From Acidobacteriota bacterium (lineage in GTDB: Bacteria > Acidobacteriota > UBA6911 > RPQK01 > JADFOI01), in assembly GCA_963663035.1 (NCBI GenBank), contig OY760074.1:320001-384000 (forward strand): 64,000 bases of DNA. Direction: 5' to 3'. The position numbers were made by a program, and so were the translations under genes. This document shows positions 47,008 to 56,404 of the stretch, one piece after another. Below the pieces are notes generated by a model that did no database searches, was not told where the DNA came from, and was given only the letters and a program-made list of their open reading frames with translations. Each line of letters opens with the position of its first letter. The first letter of the stretch is position 1.

Positions 47008-47832
47008 ATGCCCATCAAATCACTGATCATCAGCTTAGCGCTATTGCTCATTCCCATTCCTGCCTTCGCACAGGATATGACTTCGCAGTTGATAGAAGCG
47101 GCGAAGAACGGCGAGACGCAGCAGGTGGTGGCCTTGCTTGATGCAGGTGCGGATGTCAATGCAGAGGCCGCCAATGAGGCAACAGCCTTGATGTGGGCAG
47201 TCACGACAGGCAAAACCGACACTGCACGCGTCCTGCTTGAGGCGGGCGCAGATAGTACATCTGTGCTACTGCTACTGGCCGAGCACGGTTACCTGGAAAT
47301 GATGAAAACCCTGCTGGATGCTGGTGCGGATGTGGATGGGACGGACGAGACTGGTGTCACAGCGCTGATGATGGCGGCAGTCGAAGGTCGCACTGAAGCC
47401 GTGCAGGACTTGCTGGAGGCGGGGGCAGACATAGCTATAGAGAACCAAGAGGGGTTGACCGCATTTATGATGGCAGTGGCAATGGACCAGGCTCAGATTG
47501 TAACGACCTTGATAGAGTCGGGGGCGGACGTGGATGGGAGAGATCAGGATGGTGTGACCATGCTGATGGGTGCGGCGTTGTTTGGAAACAATGAGACTGC
47601 GAAGATCTTGATAGAGGCGGGGGCGGACGTGCATGCCAAGGCCAACGACGGAATGACCGCGCTCATTGCTGTGTCAATCGTGGGTAATACCGAGATTGCA
47701 AAAGACCTGCTGGAGGCGGGGGCGGACCTGGTTGCCAAGGCCAACGACGGAATGACAGCCCTGATGGTCGCCGAAGAAGAGGGCCAGGACGAAATTGTCG
47801 ATCTGCTGAAGAAGGCCGAGGCCATGGAATGA
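47008..47832 (+). CDS. Secreted ankyrin repeat protein
   Basis: Signal peptide ending AFA-Q; repeated G-TALM-A...LLEAGADV units. Confidence 0.9.
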   Translation: MPIKSLIISLALLLIPIPAFAQDMTSQLIEAAKNGETQQVVALLDAGADVNAEAANEATALMWAVTTGKTDTARVLLEAGADSTSVLLLLAEHGYLEMMKTLLDAGADVDGTDETGVTALMMAAVEGRTEAVQDLLEAGADIAIENQEGLTAFMMAVAMDQAQIVTTLIESGADVDGRDQDGVTMLMGAALFGNNETAKILIEAGADVHAKANDGMTALIAVSIVGNTEIAKDLLEAGADLVAKANDGMTALMVAEEEGQDEIVDLLKKAEAME

Positions 47833-47920
47833 TCCTCTCCCGGCAGCTCAGTCCAGCCTGAAAAAGAGACTGTTCTTACCCACTTTTCGAGCCGAAATCC
47901 ACAAGCCTCAAAATAGCGAC

Positions 47921-48709
47921 ATGATGCTAACAGAGTTAACTTTATATCAGGTGGATGCCTTTGCATCGGAAGTCTTTTCCGGCAACCCAGCAGCCGTTTG
48001 TCCGTTACAAGCTTGGCTTTCTGACAAGGTACTTCAGTCCATTGCTGAGGAGAACAATGTCTCCGAGACGGCCTTTATTGTTCCCCAGGACGATGGCTTT
48101 CACATCCGATGGTTTACCCCGCAAGCGGAGGTGAATCTGTGCGGACATGCCACCCTGGCATCGGCCTTTATTCTTTTTGAAAAGCTGAATTGGGGACAGG
48201 AAGTGGTCACCTTCGAGTCCAGGAGTGGACGCTTGTCGGTGCGCCGAAGCGACGACGGTCTCATCTTGGACTTTCCATCCCTGCCCGGAACCCTCTGTGA
48301 ACCCCCCAGGGCCCTGGTCGATGGCTTGGGATGCGAGCCTCTTGAGGTTCTTGTATCTGAGAACTACATGGCCGTGTTTGAGCGCGAAGAGGATATCGTT
48401 GCGATCAGTCCCAATCTGGATGCCCTCACACAACTGGATCTGAGTGGAGTGATTGCAACTGCTCAGGGAAAGGAGGTTGACTTTGTGAGTCGGTACTTTG
48501 CTCCCAAAGTTGGAATTAACGAAGATCCGGTTACCGGATCAGCACATTGTATGCTGACCCCTTATTGGGCGGAGAAACTGGATAAAACTCAGCTCAAGGC
48601 CAGGCAGCTCTCCCAGAGGACTGGTGAATTGGGCTGTCAATTGAAGGGTGAACGCGTACTGATTTCTGGCAAGGCTGTACTCTACCTGGAAGGCAAGATC
48701 TGGATATGA
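47921..48709 (+). CDS. PhzF family isomerase
   Basis: VDAF..GNPAAV, SETAF, RWFTPQAEVNLCGHATLA, EDPVTGSAH. Confidence 0.92.
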   Translation: MMLTELTLYQVDAFASEVFSGNPAAVCPLQAWLSDKVLQSIAEENNVSETAFIVPQDDGFHIRWFTPQAEVNLCGHATLASAFILFEKLNWGQEVVTFESRSGRLSVRRSDDGLILDFPSLPGTLCEPPRALVDGLGCEPLEVLVSENYMAVFEREEDIVAISPNLDALTQLDLSGVIATAQGKEVDFVSRYFAPKVGINEDPVTGSAHCMLTPYWAEKLDKTQLKARQLSQRTGELGCQLKGERVLISGKAVLYLEGKIWI

Positions 48710-48737
48710 GGAAGCCGGCAGAAACTCCATCGACTTT

Positions 48738-49523
48738 TCACGAGGTCAGATCGTACATCAATCGGAAGTAGCCTATCCGCTCTGGATCTGCATCGATCCC
48801 ATACCTTTCCAGGAACAGGTCCTCCCATCCCGGACCAAGGTTCCAGGTCAAGCTCCAGGTGGCAACGGCCAGGTCCCACCATCGGTCGGCCAGACCGACT
48901 TCGCCGAGATCAACATATCCACTCACTCGGCCTGCCTGGATCAAGACGTTGGGCAGGCAATAATCCCCATGGCATAACACAACGTCCTCGCTCACGGGCA
49001 TTCTGACCTCGAGTTCCTGCAAGGCTTCCTGAGGGGTGAAGTGTTGATGCTCGGGGTGAAAGTCACTGGTGGGATCGACCAGTCCCGTATCAACTCGGAC
49101 ACGAATTTGGGCCAGGGCCTGATCCAAACGAAAGTCGAAAGGGCAATCCCGGATAGGCGCTTCATGGAACGTGCGCAACCCTTGAGCGAGGGTTGGCACC
49201 AGGGACGCCGGCTCCTCCATCAACTCTTCCTGTACGGCAACGACACCTGGTAGTGCTTCCGTGAGAAGCCATTCGACTCCTTCCTCTTGCCCGTAGGCGA
49301 GTGCCTTCGGGACGGGGAGCCAATGCTCGGCCCAACGCATTCGCTCACGCTCTTTGCCCAGGCTCGGCTCCCAGCCCAAGCGCGCAACCTTTAAATAGCG
49401 TGTCTGCCCACCCCAGCGCAGCCGCCAGGTTGCGGTTTCGGGGCCATAGGAATATTCGAGAGTGATCGTCCAGTTTTTGAACTGGGCAGCGACCGGGGGC
49501 GGAATGGGGAGCGGTTCGTGCAT
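48738..49523 (-). CDS. Aminoglycoside 3'-phosphotransferase-like protein
   Basis: YLK, LPVPK, WLLTEALPG, CHGDYCLPNVL, VDLGEVGLADRWWDLA, KIxYY-like C-terminus RIGYF. Confidence 0.82.
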   Translation of the reverse strand: MHEPLPIPPPVAAQFKNWTITLEYSYGPETATWRLRWGGQTRYLKVARLGWEPSLGKERERMRWAEHWLPVPKALAYGQEEGVEWLLTEALPGVVAVQEELMEEPASLVPTLAQGLRTFHEAPIRDCPFDFRLDQALAQIRVRVDTGLVDPTSDFHPEHQHFTPQEALQELEVRMPVSEDVVLCHGDYCLPNVLIQAGRVSGYVDLGEVGLADRWWDLAVATWSLTWNLGPGWEDLFLERYGIDADPERIGYFRLMYDLTS

Positions 49524-49571
49524 CAGAGACCCTGACTTGATGCTTGTCTGTTTCAGTCTCCTTCAGTCCCG

Positions 49572-50231
49572 TCAGTGGGGTTTTGACCGATCCGAAATCA
49601 AGATCGCCGTTACGGCTACCGTCGCCCCGAATAGATTCGCCACAAGATCCCATCCGGTGTTGAGGTAGCCACCGACGTTGGTCTCAGGCACCAGCAGGGT
49701 GGACGCAAATTCAATCACTTCATTTAAGGCACCAAATCCCAATCCGGCGGCCGCCGACAGGACCATCAATCCCGCTGTGGGTCGCACCCGCTGGGACCAT
49801 CCCCCCAAGGCGGCACGCATCCCCTGCCAGCATACCCAGGTGGTAACACCAAACCCGAAGGCGTGTACCACATGATCGTATTTGAGCCGGTCGGGAATGA
49901 GCCAGAGCGAGTACAAAACATGGTTGGTGCCCAGGACCGGCCAACCCTCCGGCACGATCACAAGTCCTCCTAACATATGGGCGAGTCCCCAGATGCTCAG
50001 GCACCACAAGGCGCCTGAAGTGAGGGCGACACGGCCATGAACGACCCATACCACCCCTATCAGCAACGCTACCACCCCAATATAGAAAAGAAACTCATAG
50101 TTGCTGAGTTGTACCGCCGAGATCAGTGCGCCAGCCAGATACACAGAGGTGAACAGCGCCACCGGCCATACCCGGTCGGCTCCCTCTCTCCCTGGGGACG
50201 ATGCCGACTGTGAGGATTCCATAGGTCCCAT
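49572..50231 (-). CDS. DUF2238-like inner membrane protein
   Basis: Multiple TMs; HMLGG, YDHVVH, NEVIEF, NTGWDL. Confidence 0.7.
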   Translation of the reverse strand: MGPMESSQSASSPGREGADRVWPVALFTSVYLAGALISAVQLSNYEFLFYIGVVALLIGVVWVVHGRVALTSGALWCLSIWGLAHMLGGLVIVPEGWPVLGTNHVLYSLWLIPDRLKYDHVVHAFGFGVTTWVCWQGMRAALGGWSQRVRPTAGLMVLSAAAGLGFGALNEVIEFASTLLVPETNVGGYLNTGWDLVANLFGATVAVTAILISDRSKPH

Positions 50232-50438
50232 GGTTTGCCTTGCCTGTTTAGCTGAAGGATCACCCTGGAGATTCGAGTACGGTAATCGTTAGAAAAGGGA
50301 GGACAAGGAATTTTGCAGCAGTACTAATGACAACCAACCTGGATGAAGTTGCAAGCCAGATTACAACAAGTCCACAGACCAGCAGCACAATACTAAGGGA
50401 TAGGTCGGCTTTGTCAAGCTAAGGCAGCGTCAGGCACA

Positions 50439-51026
50439 ATGGATGGATGGGATCACTTTATAGAGGGGGACACCGCCATCGCTGATCAACCCCGAATCTC
50501 TCCGGACATGACCGATCCCCGCCAGATCATGGCGGCGCTCACCGCGGTGCGCAACCGTCCTCCTCCCAAGGATCCCAGCTCGATGGGGTGCATCGGAGCG
50601 ATCCTGGCAATTCTCGCCATCGCCCTGCTACCGCTGGTGGCAGGCTGGACCGCGTTGTCGTCGACCGCGCTGTGGGGTATCGGGATCGCGCTGGGTATCA
50701 TGGTGCTCGGTGGCGGCTTGCTTGGGTTCTTCGGCAGCGGGTTCGTCCGCGGCGCGGTAGCGGGCGACGCAGAAGAGGCCATCGAGCAGCTGGTGGCCGC
50801 ATATCCGGATGGGGACCCGGCGATCCTGCGACAGGCTGCCGTACGCATACTCGATCAATCCACGGTGAGCACCGGGCCGGCGACGGTCGAGACCTTCGAC
50901 AGCGGGGAGGTGGCGGTGCGACTGGGCGATGCCCTCGCCTACCTGCTCAAAGTCGAGCGCATCCTGCTCCAGCGGAAGGAGATCTACCCGTGCTTCACCT
51001 CGCTCGGTCCCCACAGACACGAGTGA
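50439..51026 (+). CDS. Hypothetical membrane protein
   Basis: High-GC3 ORF with two TMs; start may be ATG 50508. Confidence 0.55.
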   Translation: MDGWDHFIEGDTAIADQPRISPDMTDPRQIMAALTAVRNRPPPKDPSSMGCIGAILAILAIALLPLVAGWTALSSTALWGIGIALGIMVLGGGLLGFFGSGFVRGAVAGDAEEAIEQLVAAYPDGDPAILRQAAVRILDQSTVSTGPATVETFDSGEVAVRLGDALAYLLKVERILLQRKEIYPCFTSLGPHRHE

Positions 51027-51669
51027 CCAACGCTTTCTGTTCCTTCCTCAGGCCGATTCCAGGCCGGACGGCTTGCAGCTTTGTGATCGCCTCATCCACA
51101 TCCTGGGCCAGCCCTTCGAGCACAAGTATCGCCGCTGCCAACGTACCTGAACGGCCATGTCCCTCGGCACAGTGAATGTACATGGGTTGAGAAATGGGTA
51201 GGATCTCCTCCAGCAAGTTTCTGAAGTCGCTGTCGGAGGGGACCAAAGCATCCAACGTCGGCAGACACAGGTAGCGGCGTCCCGACCTCACTGCTGCTGG
51301 CTCAGGAAACTCGGCAGTCAAATCGACAATGACCTCTATCTGGGGTGGTAATTCGTGGGCAAAAGGACGTCGGCCGACATAGAGTCCAGGCCTAATCTCG
51401 TGACAACTGGGTTCGCTTCGAACCAGCCGCAAGAGGTGCCAAACTGCCCATACAAAGAGGAAGTAGGGAAGTAGACCCACGAGTGAGTACCAGGCGATCG
51501 TCCCGTCGCGACGTTTGCCAAACACCTTCACTCCCGACCCCAGGTAAGCCAAAGCCACAATCGAAAAGCTCAACGCAGGCCACAGCAATAACCAACCCCA
51601 GCCTCCTATGAGGCCCCCGTAATAAATCAGGATGCCAGCCACCAACAGAAATACTATTCCATATTTCAT
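50995..51669 (-). CDS. Membrane-anchored dual-specificity protein phosphatase
   Basis: N-terminal TMs; LYVGRRP, VDLTAEF, IHCAEGHGRS (HCxxGxxRS). Confidence 0.88.
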   Translation of the reverse strand: MKYGIVFLLVAGILIYYGGLIGGWGWLLLWPALSFSIVALAYLGSGVKVFGKRRDGTIAWYSLVGLLPYFLFVWAVWHLLRLVRSEPSCHEIRPGLYVGRRPFAHELPPQIEVIVDLTAEFPEPAAVRSGRRYLCLPTLDALVPSDSDFRNLLEEILPISQPMYIHCAEGHGRSGTLAAAILVLEGLAQDVDEAITKLQAVRPGIGLRKEQKALVTRVCGDRAR

Positions 51670-51971
51670 AAGCCCCTACCTGAGGGAGGACAAGTACATG
51701 CCATACAAAAAGGGTACCAGAGTCCTGCCTGTTCGAGCTTCCGGGAGCCGCTGTGCGAAAACCCGGAACCCCCTCCTCCGCCGCCCTGACAAGTGACCTC
51801 TGATATTTGACACCCGACAGTTTTGTTTTACACACTAGATTGTGAAAGCTTTCTTTACTTTAAGCCTCCTAGTGCTTGTCGCTTGTGGTGTTTATAACTA
51901 CCTCAACGACAATGCGCTTTCTACTCATCTCACCCGCGATTTTCCTGAACACATCACGATAGATCTTCTAG

Positions 51972-53610
51972 CCCGGATTATTCATAAATTCTGAAGAAGG
52001 GGTCTGATCGAGGGCACAAAAAGATGCCGTACCTCTTTGATATAAAAGGGGTTATGAAACAACTCCAAACCAAAAAGGTACGGCCCAGCGATGCATCAGT
52101 CTGCCAGATCAACTTGCCATCTCACCCTGACAGAAAAGTGGTGGCTCGATTCGATGGAGGCCGGCTCTCCTCCGATGCCGGGCTGCTGTGTCTGTACGCC
52201 CTGGATCAACAGCACGGACTGACGGCTGGCTTTGCCTCCTGCCTGAAGGACGCTCGAGATAGCCGCTACGTCCGCCACCAGATTCGCGAACTGCTCACCC
52301 AGCGCAGCTTTCAGATCGTGGCCGGCTATGAGGACTGCAACGATGCCGACAGCTTGCGCTCGGATCCCATCTTCAAGACCGTGTGTGATCGGCTGCCGGA
52401 AAGCGATCCGGATCTGGCTTCTCAACCCACGCTGTCGCGACTGGAGAACTCGGTGGACTCGAAGGATCTCACTCGCCTGGGACAGTGGCTGCTGGAGACC
52501 TACTTGAAGCACCGCAAGAAGAGCCGGCCCGAGAAGATCATCCTGGACATCGACAGCACGGATGACGTCACGCATGGGCAGCAGGAGTTCAGCTTTTACC
52601 ACGGCTATTATCGCGAGCACATGTATCATCCGCTGCTGCTATTCGATGGCGAGACGGGCGATCTGGTATGTGCGCTACTGCGGCCCGGCAACCAGGGGGC
52701 GGCCGCCCACGCGGTGGCGGTTCTCAAACGGGTGGTGGCCCGGATGCGCCAGGTTCTGGGATCCGATGTTCCGATCGAAGTGCGAGCCGACAGTGGCTTT
52801 GCGACGCCGGCACTGTACGAGTTCTGTGAGGAGGAAAAACTGCAGTATGTGGTGGGCTTTGCCCGCAACTCCCGGCTGGCGGCCACCGTCGAGCCCTTGG
52901 TTGAGCAGGTGCAAGCAGACTATGACGACTCAGGAGAAAAGCAACGCCAGTTCACCGAGCTCGTCTATCAGGCCGACAGTTGGGACCGGGAGCGGCGCAT
53001 GGTGGCCAAGGTGGAAGTGAGCGAGCGCGGGTTCAACCGTCGCTTTGTGGTCACCAACCGCCAGGATCTCACGGCCGGGCAGCTGTATGACCACTACATC
53101 GGACGGGGCCAGTGCGAGAACTTCGTGAAAGCTTTCAAAAAAGATCTGGCCATGGATCGCTTGAGCTGCCACCGTTTCCTGGCCAACCAGTTCCGACTCT
53201 TCATCCACGCCCTGGCCTATGTCTTAATCCTGCGCCTGCGGGATTACCTGTGCGGGACTCCCTGGCACAACCTGGAGATTGAGACGCTCCGCCGCCGCCT
53301 GTTCAAAATCGGTGCCCGGGTTCGGGAAACTTCTCGTCGCATCTGGGTGCACCTGGCATCGTCTTATCCCGAACAAAAGCTCTTCGCATTACTGATGCAC
53401 CGTCTGTGTCCCACCTGACGGTCCCCTGACTCCCTGCGCCAACACAGATATACAGCCCCCTGCGGGCCGAGCTGTTTCCGGAAGGGGCTCTCGCTTCATC
53501 TCTATTCGGCTCAACAAGCTTGGACGCCTTGTAATCGCACCTGAACACACTCTCAGCCCTGAACTTCCGCAGAAAATCGACACTCACCCCAAACTTATGA
53601 ATAATTGCGG
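51972..53610 (+). mobile_element. IS1380 family element, copy 1 (1639 bp)
   Basis: IRs CCCGGATTATTCATAA / TTATGAATAATTGCGG; flanks CTAG (left) and TTAG (right). Confidence 0.92.
52024..53418 (+). CDS. IS1380 family transposase
   Basis: FDGGRLSSDAG, GYEDCND, SQPTLSRLEN, LDIDST, VRADSGF, RGQCEN. Confidence 0.93.
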   Translation: MPYLFDIKGVMKQLQTKKVRPSDASVCQINLPSHPDRKVVARFDGGRLSSDAGLLCLYALDQQHGLTAGFASCLKDARDSRYVRHQIRELLTQRSFQIVAGYEDCNDADSLRSDPIFKTVCDRLPESDPDLASQPTLSRLENSVDSKDLTRLGQWLLETYLKHRKKSRPEKIILDIDSTDDVTHGQQEFSFYHGYYREHMYHPLLLFDGETGDLVCALLRPGNQGAAAHAVAVLKRVVARMRQVLGSDVPIEVRADSGFATPALYEFCEEEKLQYVVGFARNSRLAATVEPLVEQVQADYDDSGEKQRQFTELVYQADSWDRERRMVAKVEVSERGFNRRFVVTNRQDLTAGQLYDHYIGRGQCENFVKAFKKDLAMDRLSCHRFLANQFRLFIHALAYVLILRLRDYLCGTPWHNLEIETLRRRLFKIGARVRETSRRIWVHLASSYPEQKLFALLMHRLCPT

Positions 53611-54310
53611 TTAGTGCCATCACTTAAAGCGGCGATCACTACCAGAATCACGGCCTTCTCCTTCTCCAGCCCTGCTTTGATGTACACGCCGTCCGCCCAC
53701 AAATACACGACTTCCAGATCATCCAGCCGACGGCTCTGCCAGGCCTCCATTTCTCCCTGCCACTTCTGTTTCAACCGGGCTACGGTGCTGGGGGACAGCG
53801 GCGCTTCTTCCCCTAAAAGCCCTCTCAAGGCCAGATCGAAATCCCCCTCGGCCAGACCATGTAAATAGAGTTCTGGAATCAAGTCTCGTACCTCTCGCGT
53901 TCGCTTGGCAAACAGCGGCAAGACCCGGCTCTCAAAACGCTCTTCCAGATCCCGCACTCGGGGACGCCGCAGCTTGATCGTTCCGCAACTCATCGTCAGT
54001 CGCCGCTCCTTGCCGTAGCCGTTGCGATAGCCACCGGAGGCGTCCACTTCTCGGCGACGCTCATTCTTTCTTCGTCCCAGCAGCTGTGTCACTTCATCCT
54101 CCAGCAGTTCCTGTACGTAAAACTGGATCTGCTCTCGCACCCACTCTTCCAGCTGTTCAAAGCAGACTCTTGACTCCACACTGTGATCAATGTTCTTCTT
54201 GCTCATGGCGGTGTGACTCCTTCCTTTCGGGCTCTTCCGCCCGGGTTTTTATTTTCACCCGGAAGGATAATCACCGCCTGTGCTATTTACACACCTTTTG
54301 AGGGTAGCTC
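53611..54310 (-). mobile_element. IS256 family element truncated by IS1380
   Basis: Transposase N-terminus (YRNGY, PRVRD, YLHGL, YLWADG) from 54206 cut at the IS1380 end; terminal sequence GAGCTACCCTCAAAAGGTGTGTAA at 54310. Confidence 0.85.
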
Positions 54311-54513
54311 TCGACGGGAACACAACCGTATCCATTGATGCCCCATTGAAGGAGTTCGTCGAAGATGATTTTGTAGTAGGAGTGTGGTTCATTATAACAA
54401 CATTCGATGTTTCAGAACCACCCGAAGAAATTCACGGGAAGTGGCAAATGGTTGTTGATGGTGTTCGACTCACTAAGGCAGCAAATTGAAAATCAGCTGC
54501 CTACGAATGTAAC

Positions 54514-54573
54514 CGCCCCAAACCACCTCCACCCCATTTCACCCAACTCCACCCAGGATAGAGGGTGATTTTG
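54514..54573. repeat. 60-bp direct repeat, copy 1 (inside TGTAACC/GGTTACA inverted ends 54508-54582)
   Basis: 57/60 identical to 56280-56339 by eye. Confidence 0.85.
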
Positions 54574-54577
54574 GAGG

Positions 54578-55834
54578 TTACAGTGCGAGTACGGAACGCA
54601 GATCATCATGCTCAAAGGCGGACTCCATTCGATCTATTTGGGCTGCCGTTAACTCAAGATGGGCCGCCTCTTGCCGCCAGTCTCCGACCGCCTGTCCAAC
54701 CTCCGTTGCTATCTTGCGTGCCTGCTTGGGATCCAGCTCGAAATACTCAGCGACTTCCAGCGCGAGGTTCAGTGAAGCAGTCCCGTCATCGAGGTCGATG
54801 TAAGTAGCCAGCACCCTCGGCTTGATATCGACCGGTACGGGATTGAGGTCATAGGCTGGGGCAAGTCGCCAGCCGTTGGTGCCGTCATAGAGAAAGCCGT
54901 GATTGCGAAGGTGGTCGTCGGTATTTGAGATCAGCACGCTGAACACGATGCGCCGCCAGAGCATGTGCATATCGTTCTTCGGCTCGGCCCCGTACTGCCG
55001 CAGGGCGTCCACGAATTCGAGATAGCTGCGCGTCTCGTTGTCGTTGGCCCCGAGCATGCTCATGGCTGACAGGAAAGGTATGCGGGCGTCATCCAGGCGG
55101 TCGAAGCGGCGCAGAAGCAGTATCGATTTGTCGGCAACTGTTTCCATGCGCGATTGCGGCACCGGGATACCCGCCTTCTCCGCCAGGGTCAGAGCAACGG
55201 CCTCCCAGCGTACCATGTCAATTTCGTCGTCCTTGTGCGGAAACTTGGCAATTGCCAGATGACCGTCTCTGTCCCGTACCGACGCCTTGGGCCGTGCGCC
55301 GCCGAGCGACGAACCGGGGGCCAGAAGCAGGCGCAGATCCTCGTCGCTTTCGGATTCGCCTACGAAGTGCTCGGCAGCGGAAAGCAGTCTCGGCAGCTCA
55401 AGCAGTGGCGGGATGGGAGTCGCATCGTCCGGCGTAAGGAACGGGCCACCGGGCTCCATCACAAAACGCAGTGCACCCTGCCGCGCCTCGTCATTGACCA
55501 TGAGCAGGTAATCGATCTCACGCAACGTGCGGGGTGTTTCACCGGTGCGCTTTTCGCGTCGACGCTGGGCGCGCCGCATGAGCACTCGTCCCCAGCGGTC
55601 GGGCGCGGAATCGCCGATAGCGCCGAACAGGGGCTTGCCGATGGGCGTATGAAAGGGACCTGGGCCAAGCTGCAAGGCGGGCTCCAGAGAAAAGCGAGCC
55701 GGATGGGCGAGCCAGTCCTGGTCGTATTCGAACGTGGCACTGTTGCGGCCCTTGCGCATGCGCGCCCATAACCGGCCCGTCAGGACGGGCGTGCCGTCAA
55801 GGTCCATAAAGACAAGAACTTCCGTGTCCATCAC
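54578..55834 (-). CDS. hipA: HipA family toxin kinase with N-terminal Couple_hipA domain
   Basis: DSAPDRWGR, SSLGGARPK, IAKFP, RRFDR, NTDDHLRNHGF, LAPAYDLNP. Confidence 0.92.
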   Translation of the reverse strand: MMDTEVLVFMDLDGTPVLTGRLWARMRKGRNSATFEYDQDWLAHPARFSLEPALQLGPGPFHTPIGKPLFGAIGDSAPDRWGRVLMRRAQRRREKRTGETPRTLREIDYLLMVNDEARQGALRFVMEPGGPFLTPDDATPIPPLLELPRLLSAAEHFVGESESDEDLRLLLAPGSSLGGARPKASVRDRDGHLAIAKFPHKDDEIDMVRWEAVALTLAEKAGIPVPQSRMETVADKSILLLRRFDRLDDARIPFLSAMSMLGANDNETRSYLEFVDALRQYGAEPKNDMHMLWRRIVFSVLISNTDDHLRNHGFLYDGTNGWRLAPAYDLNPVPVDIKPRVLATYIDLDDGTASLNLALEVAEYFELDPKQARKIATEVGQAVGDWRQEAAHLELTAAQIDRMESAFEHDDLRSVLAL

Positions 55835-56190
55835 TCTATGCCTTTCCGGTCCGGTGCATTGGATTTGGTCTTCTTGGAGCGTCGAATGCGTTGTGGCAGA
55901 TTCTCCTCCTCGAGTTCCAGACCTACGGTGTCGCTTTTGGCTTCGGCGAGATCGCCGAGCCGGTCCACCAGACCGAGGACAAAAAGCACGGTCGCATAGA
56001 TACCGAGCGACACGCCGGGATCACCCTTTTCAACCTTGTTGAGAGTCGTGCGGCTGACAGATGCGCGCTCGGCCATGATCGTCGTCGGAATGCGCCGCCG
56101 CAGACGGGCATCACGAATGTCCCGGCCCAGCTTGCGAAGAACGCGCTGAACCGGCAGGGGAAGTCCTTTGCTTGTTTGGCGCTTATCCAT
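55831..56190 (-). CDS. XRE family HTH antitoxin (HipB-like)
   Basis: IRDARLRR, MAERASVSRTTLNKVEKGDPGVS; stop overlaps the hipA start. Confidence 0.85.
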   Translation of the reverse strand: MDKRQTSKGLPLPVQRVLRKLGRDIRDARLRRRIPTTIMAERASVSRTTLNKVEKGDPGVSLGIYATVLFVLGLVDRLGDLAEAKSDTVGLELEEENLPQRIRRSKKTKSNAPDRKGIE

Positions 56191-56279
56191 ATTTAAAGTC
56201 CATCATACTGGTCTATACATCAGTTAATGTACACTATTATGGACAGTAACGCAACATGGCGTGGTCTCAACCGGAGGCA

Positions 56280-56339
56280 CGCCCCAAACCACCTCCACCC
56301 CATTCCACCCAACTCCACTCAAGATAGAGGGTGATTTTG
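56280..56339. repeat. 60-bp direct repeat, copy 2
   Basis: CGCCCCAAACCACCTCCACCCCATTCCACCCAACTCCACTCAAGATAGAGGGTGATTTTG. Confidence 0.85.
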
Positions 56340-56404
56340 ATTGCCTTTTCACCCCCTGGAGCTTTAGCATTGAGCACAACTGCATTGCGCAGTGAGGGGG
56401 AGTT

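Noticed and set aside
54311-54489. 69-aa ORF starting at 54280
   Set aside because: Its start lies inside IS256; at most an unidentifiable 3' gene remnant
54508-54582. Integron attC site
   Set aside because: Ends do not fit RYYYAAC/GTTRRRY, the interior is not palindromic and no intI is present
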